From Gammaproteobacteria bacterium (GTDB lineage Bacteria > Pseudomonadota > Gammaproteobacteria > CAJXQU01), in the NCBI GenBank assembly GCA_965238175.1, contig CBDEGZ010000003.1, forward strand, positions 1 through 64,000: a stretch of 64,000 nt of DNA, written 5' to 3'. A program made the translations under genes and the position numbers. Shown one piece after another: positions 63,675 to 64,000 of this stretch; position 1 is the first letter of the stretch; every line of letters starts with the position of its first letter. Under the pieces are notes generated by a model. It made no database searches. It was given only the letters and a program-made list of their open reading frames with translations, and was not told the origin of the DNA.

Positions 63675-64000
63675 ATAATCATTTCTAAAATGTCATATTA
63701 TGAAAATATTCTAGAGAACGGAAAAGCTATACTGCGCGAATTGTCTAAAAATAGTTAGATTCTGTGTAAATTCAACTCAATGAAAAAGATCGTGACATGT
63801 CGTTTAACAGTCATTGTGGATCATTATTGATTTCTTTTTTTGAACTACTTCGATTAAAAAGTTGCTGCCCTACATCTGCCATACTTTCTTTACTGAGACG
63901 AATAACTTGTGCAAGTTGTGTCTGTTCAAAAAGGAATCAAGGAAGAATCAACACTCTGTTAAAATCAAGCTATTCTCTGCACTCCTGTCATTATTGTGAC

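Noticed and set aside
62400-64000. AT-rich gaps flanking the metallophosphoesterase, with short ORFs
   Set aside because: Frames are interrupted by stops and I could not recognise any homology.

Overview
This is a chromosomal window from an AT-rich gammaproteobacterium, judged from the his/tat, gatCAB, mreBCD-mrdA-rodA-mltB-rlpA-dacA, recG-ubiA, prlC, deaD and yebC-ruvC-ruvA genes. The first 15.3 kb is an insertion-sequence hotspot. It holds two apparently identical IS110-family (IS1111-type) elements, three near-identical IS481 elements with 7-bp target duplications, and an IS3 element that carries one IS481 and itself interrupts a ceramidase-like gene. The strongest signal is in the IS110 non-coding end. 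It contains four short segments matching the two halves of the insertion target and the two halves of the element's own end junction, each pair separated by a hairpin, which is a readable bridge/seekRNA. Joining the two ends also creates a TTGCAA-17-TATGAT promoter. The RNA class is known, but this element's programming can be read directly from the window. Other candidates are a CooA-like (RQ helix) Crp regulator with a matching class II site upstream of cytochrome P460, an orphan RnfD/NqrB-like plus DUF2330 pair, an unexplained ~85-90 bp structured repeat present twice, and a modular ERIC/Correia-like palindromic repeat family that fuses to ORFs. An SxtIJK-like carbamoyltransferase cluster is also present. 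All calls come from reading the sequence by eye; no database searches or folding programs were run.
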